A stretch of DNA of 64,000 nucleotides, taken from assembly GCA_963718995.1 (NCBI GenBank), contig CAVRAP010000020.1, positions 36,912 to 100,911 on the forward strand, in the 5' to 3' direction. Positions 21,196 through 33,498 of the stretch are shown here, one piece after another (the stretch's first letter is position 1; each line of letters starts with the position of its first letter). This DNA comes from an uncultured Actinomycetota bacterium. Lineage in GTDB: Bacteria; Actinomycetota; Acidimicrobiia; Spongiisociales; UBA4744. A program made the position numbers and the translations under genes. The notes below the pieces were generated by a model, which saw only the letters and a list, made by a program, of their open reading frames with translations, did not search any database and was not told the origin of the DNA.

Positions 21196-22016
21196 CGGTC
21201 GAAACGATTGCGGTAGTGGTGCACGGCGCTCGGCCCGCGGCACTCGAGCTCGCCGAGCGTCTCTCCGATCTGGCCGGCTCCCGGGGTATGCGGGTGGTCG
21301 AGGTGGGGGACGACCCACCGGCTGTCGGCGACGTCGTCGTCGCGATCGGTGGAGACGGGACGGTCCTACGAGCGGCCCGAACGGCACTCGAAGCAGATCT
21401 CCCCCTGCTCGGTATCAACGTTGGACGGAAAGGCTTCTTGGCCGACGTCGAACCTGCCGGGTTGGAAGATGCCCTTGATGCTCTGGCATCGGGTGCTTGG
21501 ATCGAATCACCGAGGATGACCATCGAAGCGGTTATCAACGGGGGGGCAGCCGTGACCGGTATCAACGATGTCGTCATTGAGAAAGTGCTCAGCCAGCGGC
21601 TCATCTCGATCGAGGTCTCTCTCGACGCCGAGCGTTTCATTACCTTTCACGCCGACGGTCTGATCCTCGCGACCCCGACCGGGTCGACTGCGTACAACCT
21701 TTCGGCGGGTGGCCCGTTGGTTGCGCCCGAGGTCGAGGCCCTCCTTTTGTCACCGGTAGCTCCCCACTCGCTGTTCTCCAAGAGCCTGGTCCTCCATCCG
21801 GCAACCGAGATTCTCTGCACCGTCGTGCAGGACCGCTCGGCCGGTGTCAGTGTGGATGGCTACGATCTCGGCACCGTGGGTCCTGGCGATGAGATCCGCG
21901 TTCGGAGAGGCAAGGGCTTGATCCGGTTCATTGAGATATCCGGGAGGTCGTTTGGGGCGCGCGTCAAGGAGAAGTTCCATCTGCGAGAAGACCTTCGTTT
22001 CTACGGGAGTACCTGA
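21192..22016 (+). CDS. nadK: NAD kinase
   Basis: GGDGT and NE/D short motifs. tlyA-nadK-recN order as in mycobacteria. Confidence 0.85.
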   Translation: MTVETIAVVVHGARPAALELAERLSDLAGSRGMRVVEVGDDPPAVGDVVVAIGGDGTVLRAARTALEADLPLLGINVGRKGFLADVEPAGLEDALDALASGAWIESPRMTIEAVINGGAAVTGINDVVIEKVLSQRLISIEVSLDAERFITFHADGLILATPTGSTAYNLSAGGPLVAPEVEALLLSPVAPHSLFSKSLVLHPATEILCTVVQDRSAGVSVDGYDLGTVGPGDEIRVRRGKGLIRFIEISGRSFGARVKEKFHLREDLRFYGST

Positions 22017-22019
22017 GTT

Positions 22020-23680
22020 TTGCTCGACGAACTCATAGTCGAGAATCTGGGCATCATCGAGCGCGCCCACCTGCGCCCGGGTTCCGGTCTGGTGGCGTTC
22101 ACCGGCGAGACCGGAGCCGGCAAGACCATGCTGTTAGGAGCGTTGCGTCTGCTCCTGGGAGGCCCGGCTCGCGGGGATCTCGTCGGGCCGTACGGCGACG
22201 AGGCTCTGGTGGAAGGGAGGTTCGTCCGGAAAGAGGGCGACGAGCACGTGATCGCCCGGTCTATCGCCCGGGGACGCAGTCGCGCCTACCTGAACGGCAG
22301 ATTGGCCACGGCTGCCGCACTCGAGGAGCTGGGGACCGGATTGGTCGAGATGGTTGCCCAACACGAGAAGCACGGACTCAGCAAACCTGCCGAAGTGAAA
22401 GCGTTGATCGACCGTGTTCTGCCGGCGGAAGGCAGAGAGATGCTGGGGGAGTACCGGCTTGCCTGGGACCGGCTGGCAGGTTTTCGGGCCGATCGTGACC
22501 GACTCGGCGGAGACCGTCGCTCCCTGGAACGCGAACTGGATCTGGTCGGATACCAGGCCGATGAGATCAGCGCTGCCGGGTTCTCCCCTGGAGAAGACGA
22601 AGCATTGGCGATTGCGGCTTCTCGCGCCCGGCATGCAGAAGAGCTGACGACCCGTCTTGGGGAGGCTCGCTCGGCCATTGACGATGCGGCCGACCAGGCC
22701 GGGATCGCAGCCTCGCAACTCGGTAGAGCGGCGGGTCTCGACGCCAGTCTGGCGGATCTGGCCGAACAGGCTTCGGCAGCCCTGGCAGTTCTGGGCGAAT
22801 TGGGATCTGATCTCCGCGTCGCGTTCGAGGCGGTCGTCACCGATCCGGCCGAGGCGGAAGCAACCGAGCAGCGCCTTGCTCAGCTCGGCGATCTTCGCCG
22901 GAAATACGGAGACACACTGGAAGAAGTCCTCGAATTCGCCGAAGGGGCCAACCGCCGCCGGGCGGAGCTTGCGGGTCTTCTGGCGGGTGCCGAGCGGCTC
23001 GAGGCCGACCTGGAGTTGGCCGAACGTGAGGTAGCCGAAGCAGGGGGCCGCCTCCTCGCAGCGCGCACGGCCGCGGCCGACCGGATCGCCAAGGCGGCGA
23101 CCACCCATCTCCAGGACCTCGGGCTCCCCGACCCGATCATCCGACTCGTGGTCGAACCGGCCGTCCCGGGGCGACCGGCGCAGACAAGGTAGGTCTGTTG
23201 TTCGCCTCCGACAGCCGCCTCGAACCCGGGCCCGTCGGTCGGGTCGCTTCGGGTGGAGAACTCAGCCGGTTGGTGCTCTCGTTGCGTCTCGCCGGCGGGT
23301 CGGGCCAGACGCCCATCCTGGCGTTCGATGAAATCGATGCAGGAGTGGGTGGCAAGACTGCGCTCGAGTTGGGACGGAAGCTGGCATCTCTGGCGAGGGA
23401 CCGCCAGGTCCTGTGTGTCACCCACCTGCCCCAGGTGGCCGCGTTCGCCGATCACCACTTCGTGATCGCCCGGACCGGAACGACGGTGGAAGTGTCGGCG
23501 GTCGACCAGGACTCGCGCATCGAAGAGCTATCTCGAATGCTGGCCGGACTGCCCGACAGCGAGCAGGGTCGGAACCATGCGGAGGAACTCATCGCGATGG
23601 CCGTCCGCGAGCAGGAACTGATCGATCGGGGCTCCTCACAGCGGTCGTCGCGTGCGAGTCCTTCTTGCCCGTCGGGTTGA
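22020..23680 (+). pseudogene. recN: DNA repair protein RecN, -1 frameshift near 23165-23175
   Basis: Walker A GETGAGKT at the N-terminus, long coiled coil, and C-terminal ORF 23198..23680 with the ...ASGGELSR... signature and Walker B. The junction ...VEPAVPG|..GADKVGLLFASD needs a 1-nt correction. Confidence 0.85.
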
Positions 23681-23692
23681 CTGCTACCATGA

Positions 23693-25363
<1,671 letters not shown>

Positions 25364-25396
25364 ATCGCGACCTCCGATATCTCGGAGAGCGGCACA

Positions 25397-25903
25397 TTGC
25401 CACCACGTCGTTCTATGGAGATCGTTCGGCGTTTCTACGTCGCTCCGGATGGTCGCTTGGCCAAGCGGGAGATCATTCGCCATCCCGGAGCTGTGGCGGT
25501 TGTTCCTGTGATCGACGGAGATGTGGTGCTGATCTCCCAACACAGGGTGGCCATCGATTCCGATCTGCTCGAGATCCCGGCGGGGAAATGCGACATCCCG
25601 GGCGAAGACCCGGAAACGACGGCGAGAAGGGAATGTGAAGAGGAGGTGGGCTACCGGCCGAAGCGGCTGACCCTTCTGCACACGTTCTACACAACTCCGG
25701 GGTTCACGGACGAGTGCATCTGGTTGTATCTCGCAGAAGACCTTGAACCCGTTGAGTCCCGTCCGCAAGGAATCGAAGAGGAGCGGGCCGAGGTCGTGCG
25801 TATGCCAATCGATGAAGCATTGCGTAGGGTTCGAGACGGTGAGATTTTGGATGCCAAGACCCTGATTGGTCTCATGGCGATAGCGAAGGAGCAACGCTCG
25901 TGA
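25397..25903 (+). CDS. NUDIX hydrolase (ADP-ribose pyrophosphatase-like)
   Basis: Nudix box GKCDIPGEDPETTARRECEEEVG. Start may be the internal ATG at about 25415. Confidence 0.75.
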   Translation: MPPRRSMEIVRRFYVAPDGRLAKREIIRHPGAVAVVPVIDGDVVLISQHRVAIDSDLLEIPAGKCDIPGEDPETTARRECEEEVGYRPKRLTLLHTFYTTPGFTDECIWLYLAEDLEPVESRPQGIEEERAEVVRMPIDEALRRVRDGEILDAKTLIGLMAIAKEQRS

Positions 25904-27027
25904 TCATTGGTGTTCCCAAGGAGATAAAGCCGGCCGAGTTCCGGGTTGCCATTACCCCGGTTGGTGTTCGCGAACTGGTTGACCACGGTCACCAGGTGAT
26001 CATCGAAACCGAAGCAGGTGAAGGATCGACGATCCACGACGAGGAATACGTTACCCAGGGGGCCTCGATCGTGCCGAGTGCGGACGAGGTCTTTTCGAGC
26101 GCCAACCTCATTTTGAAGGTGAAGGAGCCGCAAGCGGTCGAGGTTCCCAAGTTGCGACCCGGCCAGCTCCTCTTCACCTACCTGCACCTGGCTGCGTACC
26201 CGAAACTGGCCGAGGGGCTGTTGAAACAAGGAATTGTCGGTATCGCCTATGAGACCGTGCAATTGCCCGACCACAGCTTGCCCTTGCTCGCTCCGATGTC
26301 GGAAGTCGCCGGCCGCATGGCTACTCAGGCGGGCGCCTACTACCTGGAGAAGGCTCATCAGGGCCGGGGTGTACTGCTGGGAGGAGTGCCGGGCGTGATG
26401 CCCGCCAAGGTTGTGGTCATCGGCGCAGGCATCGCCGGTACCAATGCCGCAGTGATGGCCATGGGACTCCAGGCGATGGTGGTTGCGCTCGACAACGACA
26501 TAGCCAAATTGCGAGCTCTCGACCTGCTCTACGGTGGCCAGATTCTGACCCTGTCCTCGAACCAGCTCACGATCGAGGAGCAAGTTCGCGACGCCGACCT
26601 CGTCATCGGCTCGGTGCTGGTTCCGGGCGCCAGCGCCCCCAAACTGGTTACCGAAGAGATGGTGCGTTCTATGAAACGAGGATCCGTAATCGTCGATATC
26701 GCCATCGACCAGGGTGGGTGCTTCGAGACGAGCCGGGAAACCACGCACGAGCATCCGGTGTACGTGGTGCATGACGTAGTCCACTACGCCGTTGGGAATA
26801 TTCCCGGCGCGGTGCCGCACACGTCAACTTATGCCCTTACGAACGCCACCCTCCCGTATGTGCTCACCATCGCCGACGAGGGAGTGCGGGCGGCCGTCGC
26901 CAATCATCCCGAGTTGCTGCCCGGGGTGAATGTGGTCGGAAGCGCGACCGTCAACCGGGCGGTGGCCGACAGCGTCGGGCAACCGTTCGAGGAGCCGACC
27001 AAGGCTCTGGCGGCATTTGCCGGATGA
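25900..27027 (+). CDS. ald: Alanine dehydrogenase
   Basis: MIIGVPKEIKPAEFRVAITP... plus Rossmann VVVIGAGIAGTNAA. 375 aa. Confidence 0.9.
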   Translation: MIIGVPKEIKPAEFRVAITPVGVRELVDHGHQVIIETEAGEGSTIHDEEYVTQGASIVPSADEVFSSANLILKVKEPQAVEVPKLRPGQLLFTYLHLAAYPKLAEGLLKQGIVGIAYETVQLPDHSLPLLAPMSEVAGRMATQAGAYYLEKAHQGRGVLLGGVPGVMPAKVVVIGAGIAGTNAAVMAMGLQAMVVALDNDIAKLRALDLLYGGQILTLSSNQLTIEEQVRDADLVIGSVLVPGASAPKLVTEEMVRSMKRGSVIVDIAIDQGGCFETSRETTHEHPVYVVHDVVHYAVGNIPGAVPHTSTYALTNATLPYVLTIADEGVRAAVANHPELLPGVNVVGSATVNRAVADSVGQPFEEPTKALAAFAG

Positions 27028-27911
27028 CCTCATCGCTGGCGGTAGGCGTGGAGGAGTTCCTCGCATTCCTCAGCGCTGAACGCGGCTTGTCCGCGAATAC
27101 CCTGGCGGCGTACCGACGTGACCTTCGCGATTACCTGGCCTACTTGGGCGACAATGATCCTTCAGCCGGCCGGGCCGTCTCCTACATCGCCCAACTCCAT
27201 GCCGCCACCCTGAAACCGGCCACGATCGCTCGAAAGATTGCAACGATGCGTGGCCTCCATCGGTTCCTGGTCGCCGAACAGCTCGCTTCCGAAGACCCGA
27301 CGGTTCTGCTCGACAGCCCGCGCCTGGGGGCGGCGCTGCCCAAGGCGTTGACCGTCGACGAGGTTGAGCGACTGATCACAGCTTCCGTCCAAGTGAGCCC
27401 GCTCGCGGCTCGCGACCGGGCTCTCCTGGAGTTCATGTACGCCACGGGCGTGCGAGTTACCGAGGCGGTGAATCTCGATATGGCGGCGCTCGACCTCGAG
27501 GAGCGGACGGCTCTGGTAACCGGGAAGGGGAACCGGCAGAGGATGGTGCCGGTCGGACGTCTCGCGATAGACGCCATCATCGCCTATCTGCCCTTCCGGA
27601 TGACGCTCAAGGGCGACCGGATCGATGCGGGAGCGGTGTTCCTCAACGCCCGGGGTGGGCGTCTAACGAGACAAGGTGTGTGGGGCATCGTCCGCAAAGC
27701 AGCTCAGCGGGCGGGCATCGAACCTGCGAAAGTGTCTCCCCACGTGCTGCGCCATTCGGCCGCCACCCATATGGTCGAGGGAGGCGCCGACTTGAGAACC
27801 GTCCAAGAAATGCTCGGTCACGCTAACATCAGCACCACACAGGTGTACACCCGGGTATCACCCCAGCATCTCTATGAGGTGTACGTCACGTCCCACCCAC
27901 GGAGCAGGTGA
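27024..27911 (+). CDS. xerD: Tyrosine recombinase XerD
   Basis: Phage-integrase N- and C-terminal domains with R...HxxR...Y (LGHANISTTQVYT). Position after ald/NUDIX as in mycobacteria. Confidence 0.9.
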   Translation: MTSSLAVGVEEFLAFLSAERGLSANTLAAYRRDLRDYLAYLGDNDPSAGRAVSYIAQLHAATLKPATIARKIATMRGLHRFLVAEQLASEDPTVLLDSPRLGAALPKALTVDEVERLITASVQVSPLAARDRALLEFMYATGVRVTEAVNLDMAALDLEERTALVTGKGNRQRMVPVGRLAIDAIIAYLPFRMTLKGDRIDAGAVFLNARGGRLTRQGVWGIVRKAAQRAGIEPAKVSPHVLRHSAATHMVEGGADLRTVQEMLGHANISTTQVYTRVSPQHLYEVYVTSHPRSR

Positions 27912-28261
27912 GCAGAGCGATGGAATCTGATGGCGTCCGCACAACCTTGGTGAACGAGCGCGAGAAGCTCATTCGCCAACTCGATGAGCTCGGCGCGACC
28001 GAGACGGGTGATTTGCGCCCGGATCTCGAATTCGGCGACGGCTTCGCCGACGCCGGTGCTGCTACGGCGGAACGGACCGAGGTGCTTGGCCTGGTCGAGT
28101 CCCTGAAGGGGCAACTCACTTCGGTCGACAAAGCCCTCATCAAGATCGACGACGGTACCTACGGCTCGTGCGACACATGCGGTAAACCGATACCGCCCGC
28201 CCGGCTGGAGGCCCGACCTTCCTCGATTCTCTGTGTTGACTGCAAGAACCAACAGAGATAA
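27908..28261 (+). CDS. DksA/TraR family C4-type zinc-finger protein
   Basis: Coiled-coil N-terminus and C-terminal CDTCG...CVDC. Confidence 0.7.
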   Translation: MSRAMESDGVRTTLVNEREKLIRQLDELGATETGDLRPDLEFGDGFADAGAATAERTEVLGLVESLKGQLTSVDKALIKIDDGTYGSCDTCGKPIPPARLEARPSSILCVDCKNQQR

Positions 28262-28267
28262 CTCCCG

Positions 28268-28891
28268 TTGACGCTGACCGGCAACTGGATCTTGGATCCG
28301 GTCATCTTCATAGTCATATTGATCGTTTCGGTGATCCTGCACGAGGTGTCGCACGGCCTGGTTGCCCGGCGCCTTGGTGACCCGACCGCGGAGATGGCCG
28401 GCCGGCTGACGCTCAATCCGATTCCGCACATCGATCCGTTTGGATCCGTGTTGCTGCCGGCCATGCTGGCCCTGAGCGGCTCCCCGGTCTTCGGCTGGGC
28501 CCGGCCGGTACCCGTCAACCCCCAGCAGTTCAAGCGTCCCACCGAGGGCATGGCGTTGACTGCACTTGCCGGTCCGGTGTCGAACCTCGCCCTGGCGCTC
28601 GTCGCCGGAAGGGTTCTCCTGCCCGCAACATCCGGCATCGTTGCCGATCTGGTGTGGGCGTTCGGGGTCATCAATGTGGTTTTGGCGGTTTTCAATTTGC
28701 TTCCGATACCACCGCTCGACGGCAGCCGCATGCTTCCGCTTTTTCTCGGGAATCGGGGCCGGGCCGTCTATGCCAAAGTCGAGCCGTACGGATTTCTCAT
28801 CCTGTTCGCGGGGTTGTTCCTCATCCCGGGAGCGACCCGTTGGTTGTCGGTGCCGATATCGACGGTATCTGCGTGGATGGGGCTGCGCTGA
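28268..28891 (+). CDS. Site-2 protease family (peptidase M50) membrane metalloprotease
   Basis: HEVSHGLVA (HExxH) in TM1, and LPIPPLDGS (LDG motif). Confidence 0.75.
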   Translation: MTLTGNWILDPVIFIVILIVSVILHEVSHGLVARRLGDPTAEMAGRLTLNPIPHIDPFGSVLLPAMLALSGSPVFGWARPVPVNPQQFKRPTEGMALTALAGPVSNLALALVAGRVLLPATSGIVADLVWAFGVINVVLAVFNLLPIPPLDGSRMLPLFLGNRGRAVYAKVEPYGFLILFAGLFLIPGATRWLSVPISTVSAWMGLR

Positions 28892-29373
28892 TGGAGTTGG
28901 GTAGCTGGTCGCACCTGATAGCCCGTTTCTTTGATTTCCTGGGGGCGGACCCGCTCACCGAAGCAGAACATCGCGAGGTGGAGTCGTGGCTGGACGGTGC
29001 CGGAGAAGAAGCCATCTATTGGGAGCAACCGGTTGCGGACCAGCGGCACGGGTTGGAAGCGGCTCGCAGGGTTGCGGCTACTTGGGAGGGTCGGCGGGAT
29101 CTCGTCCGGGCAGCGCTGCTGCACGACGTGGGCAAACGCCGGTCGAATCTGGGCGTTATTGCGAGGTCACTGGCGAGTCTGCTGGCCAAGCTCGGGATAC
29201 CCACGCGGGGAGCCTGGCGGCTCTACCTCGAACACGGGTCGCAGGGAGCGGAGGAACTCGCCCGGTTGGGTGCAGAGCCTCTCGTGGTTGCATTCACTCA
29301 TCACCACCACCATGGTCGACCGGCCGGCTTCCCGGCCGAGGAGTGGGAAGCATTGAAGAGCGCCGATAGATAA
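28891..29373 (+). CDS. HD-domain phosphohydrolase-like protein
   Basis: ATGA overlap with the upstream stop. ...LLHDVGK... HD motif and a His-rich THHHHHG stretch. Confidence 0.6.
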   Translation: MELGSWSHLIARFFDFLGADPLTEAEHREVESWLDGAGEEAIYWEQPVADQRHGLEAARRVAATWEGRRDLVRAALLHDVGKRRSNLGVIARSLASLLAKLGIPTRGAWRLYLEHGSQGAEELARLGAEPLVVAFTHHHHHGRPAGFPAEEWEALKSADR

Positions 29374-29431
29374 TGCTGCGCTTCGGCCCTCACAGCCAAT
29401 ACCATGCATCGACCGCAACCAATGCAGCCAT

Positions 29432-30202
29432 ATGACCTATGAAGTCAAGACCGCCGTCTTCGAGGGCCCGCTCGACCTTCTCCTGCAATTGATTACCCGC
29501 AGGCAGGTCGAGATCACCAAGCTCAGCCTGACTGATCTCGTTTCGGAATACCTCTCGTTCCTCGATGATATGCGCGAGCTGGATCTGGAAGTCACGAGCG
29601 AATTCCTCCTGATCGCTTCAACACTGGTGCAGCTCAAAGCGCGCCATCTGCTTCCCGACGACGGCTCCGTCGATATGGACGAGGAGCTCGAACTGATGGA
29701 GGAGCGAGACCGGCTGCTTTCCCGCCTCCTCGCCTGCGTGACGTTCAAGGACGTGGCGGCCGTACTGACCCACCGGATGCAGGAAGCCACCCGGTTCGTG
29801 CCGAGGATGGTCGGGATGGACCAGGCAATTTCTCCCCGACCCCCGGATGTGACCGTCCCGGTCGACCGGCTCGGGCTGGTCGCCATAGCCGTCCGGGTTC
29901 TGGCAGCCCCGAACCGGGAGCTGGATCTCGATCATCTCGATCTCGAGCTGCCCTCCGTAGAAGCTGCCATCGGGGATCTGCGATCGAAGATCGAAAACCT
30001 GGCGGAGACAAGTTTTGATGACATGGTTGCGCACACCACCCGCAAGGTTGAGGTTGTCGCCTACTTCCTGGCCCTCCTCGAATTGGCTCGTTGGGGACTG
30101 GTCGAGGTGAGCCAGCGTGACTGGCTGGCCACCATTGAGGTTCGACGCTCGGGCGGCGAGGCACCCGAGCACCTGACCAGTGAGTGGAGCAGCGCATCGT
30201 GA
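29432..30202 (+). CDS. scpA: Segregation and condensation protein A
   Basis: ScpA N-terminal FEGPLDLLLQLI motif. Confidence 0.85.
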   Translation: MTYEVKTAVFEGPLDLLLQLITRRQVEITKLSLTDLVSEYLSFLDDMRELDLEVTSEFLLIASTLVQLKARHLLPDDGSVDMDEELELMEERDRLLSRLLACVTFKDVAAVLTHRMQEATRFVPRMVGMDQAISPRPPDVTVPVDRLGLVAIAVRVLAAPNRELDLDHLDLELPSVEAAIGDLRSKIENLAETSFDDMVAHTTRKVEVVAYFLALLELARWGLVEVSQRDWLATIEVRRSGGEAPEHLTSEWSSAS

Positions 30203-30756
30203 ACAATCGCAGCATTCTGGAAGCCATCTTGTTCGTCGCGGAACAGCCCGTGCCCGTCGAAGAACTGGCGGAAGTCCTGGAGATCCCGGTCGAGACGGTG
30301 CAGGCGGAACTGGAAGATTGGTCAAGCGAGCTGGCCGGGCGCCAGAGTGGTGTCACCCTCCGGCAGGTCGCAGGGGGCTGGCGCTGCTACAGCCACCCGG
30401 ATACCTTTCCCTACCTCGAGAGGTTCGCTTCCACTGCCACCGCCAGCCGCCTCTCCAATGCCGCTCTCGAGGTGCTGGCCGTGGTTGCGTATCGCCAGCC
30501 GGTGTCCCGAAACCAGATCGCGGAGATTCGGGGCGTTGACTCGGACTCGGCCATCCGGACTCTCGAACGGCGTGGCCTCATCGAAGAGATCGGCAGACTG
30601 CCGTTGCCGGGTACCCCGACCATCTACGGCACGACCAGCCTGTTCCTCGAGAAGCTGGGTCTGCGGTCGATGGATGACCTGCCGCCGCTGGCCGACCATG
30701 TCCCGCCTGCCACCATCGTGGAGACCCTCGAGGAGACGTTCCGGGCCGACGCGTGA
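30184..30756 (+). CDS. scpB: Segregation and condensation protein B
   Basis: Tandem winged-helix ScpB. Follows scpA. Confidence 0.85.
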   Translation: MEQRIVNNRSILEAILFVAEQPVPVEELAEVLEIPVETVQAELEDWSSELAGRQSGVTLRQVAGGWRCYSHPDTFPYLERFASTATASRLSNAALEVLAVVAYRQPVSRNQIAEIRGVDSDSAIRTLERRGLIEEIGRLPLPGTPTIYGTTSLFLEKLGLRSMDDLPPLADHVPPATIVETLEETFRADA

Positions 30757-31478
30757 CCGAACCGGCCCGTTTGCAGAAGTTGATCGCCCACTCCGGCATC
30801 ACGTCACGGCGTGGAGCGGAGGAGATGATCAAAGCCGGTCGGGTCACCGTCGACGGAGAACCGGCCCACCTCGGGCAGAAGATCGAGCGGGAACAGGTAC
30901 GCGTCGAGGTGGACGGCGTGCCGCTCCCGGTTCGGCCGGGCCTCGTCTACTACCTGATCAATAAGCCGGTCGGCGTGGTGAGTACTGCGGCCGATCCGCA
31001 AGGGCGGGCGACGGTGACCGACGTCGTCCCGCCGGATCCGCGGGTGTACCCGGTGGGGCGCCTCGACGCCGATTCCGAAGGCCTCCTCGTGCTCACGAAC
31101 GATGGCGATCTGACGAATCTGATCACCCATCCGAGCCATGGAGTCACCAAAACGTACTCCGTCCTGATCGACGGGATGCCATCGACGGCACAGGTCCGGC
31201 AGCTCGTTACCGGCGTTGAACTGGACGACGGGCCCGCCCGGGCCGTTTCGGCGCGGTTGATCGACTCCTCGCGGGATCGCTCGCTCCTGGAAATGTCCAT
31301 GGGGGAAGGGCGCAAACGGGAAGTCAGGCGCATGTGCGAAGCCATCGGGTTCCCGGTTCGTCGGCTCTTCCGGACCGCTATCGGCCCGCTCACGGATCCC
31401 ACTCTCAAGAGCGGGGAGTGGCGGGTTCTCACGATGGAGGAGGTCCGATCTCTCTACGCGGCGGCCACGAACTCCTGA
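30753..31478 (+). CDS. rluB: 23S rRNA pseudouridine synthase (RsuA/RluB family)
   Basis: S4 domain plus ...YPVGRLDADSEGLLVLTNDG... catalytic Asp motif. Confidence 0.85.
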   Translation: MTEPARLQKLIAHSGITSRRGAEEMIKAGRVTVDGEPAHLGQKIEREQVRVEVDGVPLPVRPGLVYYLINKPVGVVSTAADPQGRATVTDVVPPDPRVYPVGRLDADSEGLLVLTNDGDLTNLITHPSHGVTKTYSVLIDGMPSTAQVRQLVTGVELDDGPARAVSARLIDSSRDRSLLEMSMGEGRKREVRRMCEAIGFPVRRLFRTAIGPLTDPTLKSGEWRVLTMEEVRSLYAAATNS

Positions 31479-31482
31479 GAGC

Positions 31483-33498
31483 ATGCCAGACTCGCCGGTG
31501 ATGGGCACCCCAAACCGATTTCCAGAGAGCGTGACGATCCAGCCGATGGGTCCGGTTGACGGCACGATTCGACTACCGGGCTCGAAGAGTCTTACGAACC
31601 GGGCCCTTCTGTGCGCAACCCTGGCCGATGGCACGAGCACGTTGACCGGAGCGCTTCTGGCGGAGGACACGAGGGCGATGATGGATGCGCTCAAGCAGCT
31701 GGGCGGTTCATTCGCCGTCACCGGCGACCTGGTCGCCGTGCAAGGGACCGGCGGACGCCTGCGGGCTCCCGACGATCCCATCTACGTCGGGGCTTCGGGA
31801 ACCACCGCCCGGTTCCTGACCGGCGCGGCCACTCTGGCTGATGGTCCCTCACTCATCGACGGGACTACCCGAATGCGCCAACGTCCGATCGGGGAACTCG
31901 TCAATACATTGCGCGCCCTGGGCGCACAGGTCGAGGCACTTGGCGAAGGCGGGTGTCTCCCCGTGCTGGTTAGTGGCGGAGGGCTTGCGGGCGGTCACGC
32001 CGTAATCGATGCGCGCCGGTCCAGTCAGTTCGTGTCGGCGGTCGCCCTGACCGCCCCGTACGCCCGCCGGGACGTGTCTCTCGAATATCTGGACGGGGCG
32101 CTGGTTTCCCGGCCGTATGTGGAGAGCACGGTCGAGGTGATGCGAGCGTTTGGTGGGCAGGTCGAGCATTTCCCTACGGGCCTGGCGGTGCGCAGGGGTG
32201 GGTACCGCTCGTGTGCCTTTGCGGTCGAGCCGGACGCTTCGGCGGCTACGTATCCGCTGGTCGCGGCTGCCATCACCGGCGGCCGGGTGCGGATTTCCGG
32301 ATTCACCCGCGACTCCCGTCAAGCCGACCTGGGCATTCTCGACGTCCTGGTCGCTATGGGTTGTCGGGTTGTCTGGGAAGACTCGGCGATCACTCTCGAA
32401 GGTCCTGGTGGCGGGTTGCGAGGGGTCGAAATCAACATGGCCGACATGCCGGACGCAGTCCTGGCTGTGGCCGTAGCGGCTGTTTTTGCCTCCGGGCCTA
32501 CGCGGATCACCCATATCGGGAACCTCCGCATCAAGGAGTCGGATCGACTCGCAGCGCTGGAGACCGAGTTGCGTAAGTTGGGTGCGGATGCCCAAGCGGG
32601 TTCAGACTGGCTGCTCGTCAGGTCCCGGGCTCTGCACGGTGCCCAGATCGACACCTACGACGATCACCGCATGGCCATGGCGTTCTCTTTGGCCGGTCTC
32701 ATCCTTCCGAACCTCGTCATTCGAGATCCCGGGTGCGTCGCTAAGACGTGGCCGGGCTTCTTCGAGGACATGAGCCGGCTGTGGCCCGGTGGTGGATCGT
32801 TGGCAGAAGGGCGGAACGAGGAGGGACGGGCAATGGTTGGTCTGGTGGTGGCAATCGACGGTCCCGGCGGCGCAGGCAAGACGACGGTCAGCCGGGGAGT
32901 GGCGGACCGCCTCGGACTGCCCCATCTCGACACGGGGGCCTTCTACCGGGCGGCAGCACTGGCGGTGCTTCGAACCGGAGTCGACCTGGACGATCCGGAG
33001 GCGGCGATCGCGACCGTTCGCTCGGTCACCTTCGATTATCGCGAGGGAACCATGCTGCTGGACGGCGTGGACGTCAACGACGCGATTCGCAGTCCGTCCT
33101 TGTCGTCGAGCGCCAGCCAGGTGTCCGCCATACCTGCCGTGCGTGAGGTGCTGGTGGCTCGCCAGCAATCCTGGGTGCGGGAGCACGGGGGAGCGGCCGT
33201 GGTCGAGGGTCGCGACATCGGGACGGTGGTCTTTCCTGAGGCACCGGTCAAGATATTCTTAACGGCCCGACCGGACGTGCGAGCCGCCCGACGGGCTCGC
33301 GAACTGAGCGAAGACTCCGGGTCGTTGGAGGGTATCGCCGAGGAGTTGGCCCGCCGTGACCGGCGTGACACGACCCGGGAGGTGTCACCTCTGCGCCCCG
33401 CCCCAGACGCAGTGGAAGTCGACACCTCTGACCTGACACTCGACGAAGTGATCGCCACCATCATGCGTTTGGCTACCGGGGGCGCCGCCGCCCGCTAG
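31483..33498 (+). CDS. aroA: 3-phosphoshikimate 1-carboxyvinyltransferase (AroA) fused in-frame to cytidylate kinase (Cmk)
   Basis: Residues 1 to about 440 are EPSP synthase (...LPGSKSLTNRAL..., ...KESDRL...) ending ...KTWPGFFEDMSRLW. A 20-aa linker follows, then MVGLVVAIDGPGGAGKTTV... (Cmk P-loop) through the end. No stop in any frame across the junction. An internal GGAGGG plus ATG at 32833 could also start Cmk on its own. Confidence 0.85.
   Translation: MPDSPVMGTPNRFPESVTIQPMGPVDGTIRLPGSKSLTNRALLCATLADGTSTLTGALLAEDTRAMMDALKQLGGSFAVTGDLVAVQGTGGRLRAPDDPIYVGASGTTARFLTGAATLADGPSLIDGTTRMRQRPIGELVNTLRALGAQVEALGEGGCLPVLVSGGGLAGGHAVIDARRSSQFVSAVALTAPYARRDVSLEYLDGALVSRPYVESTVEVMRAFGGQVEHFPTGLAVRRGGYRSCAFAVEPDASAATYPLVAAAITGGRVRISGFTRDSRQADLGILDVLVAMGCRVVWEDSAITLEGPGGGLRGVEINMADMPDAVLAVAVAAVFASGPTRITHIGNLRIKESDRLAALETELRKLGADAQAGSDWLLVRSRALHGAQIDTYDDHRMAMAFSLAGLILPNLVIRDPGCVAKTWPGFFEDMSRLWPGGGSLAEGRNEEGRAMVGLVVAIDGPGGAGKTTVSRGVADRLGLPHLDTGAFYRAAALAVLRTGVDLDDPEAAIATVRSVTFDYREGTMLLDGVDVNDAIRSPSLSSSASQVSAIPAVREVLVARQQSWVREHGGAAVVEGRDIGTVVFPEAPVKIFLTARPDVRAARRARELSEDSGSLEGIAEELARRDRRDTTREVSPLRPAPDAVEVDTSDLTLDEVIATIMRLATGGAAAR

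Noticed and set aside
32820-32836. Calling aroA and cmk as two separate genes.
   Set aside because: There is no stop codon in any frame between the AroA C-terminal motif and the Cmk P-loop. The continuous ORF was kept as a fusion, and the internal RBS plus ATG was noted as a possible second start.
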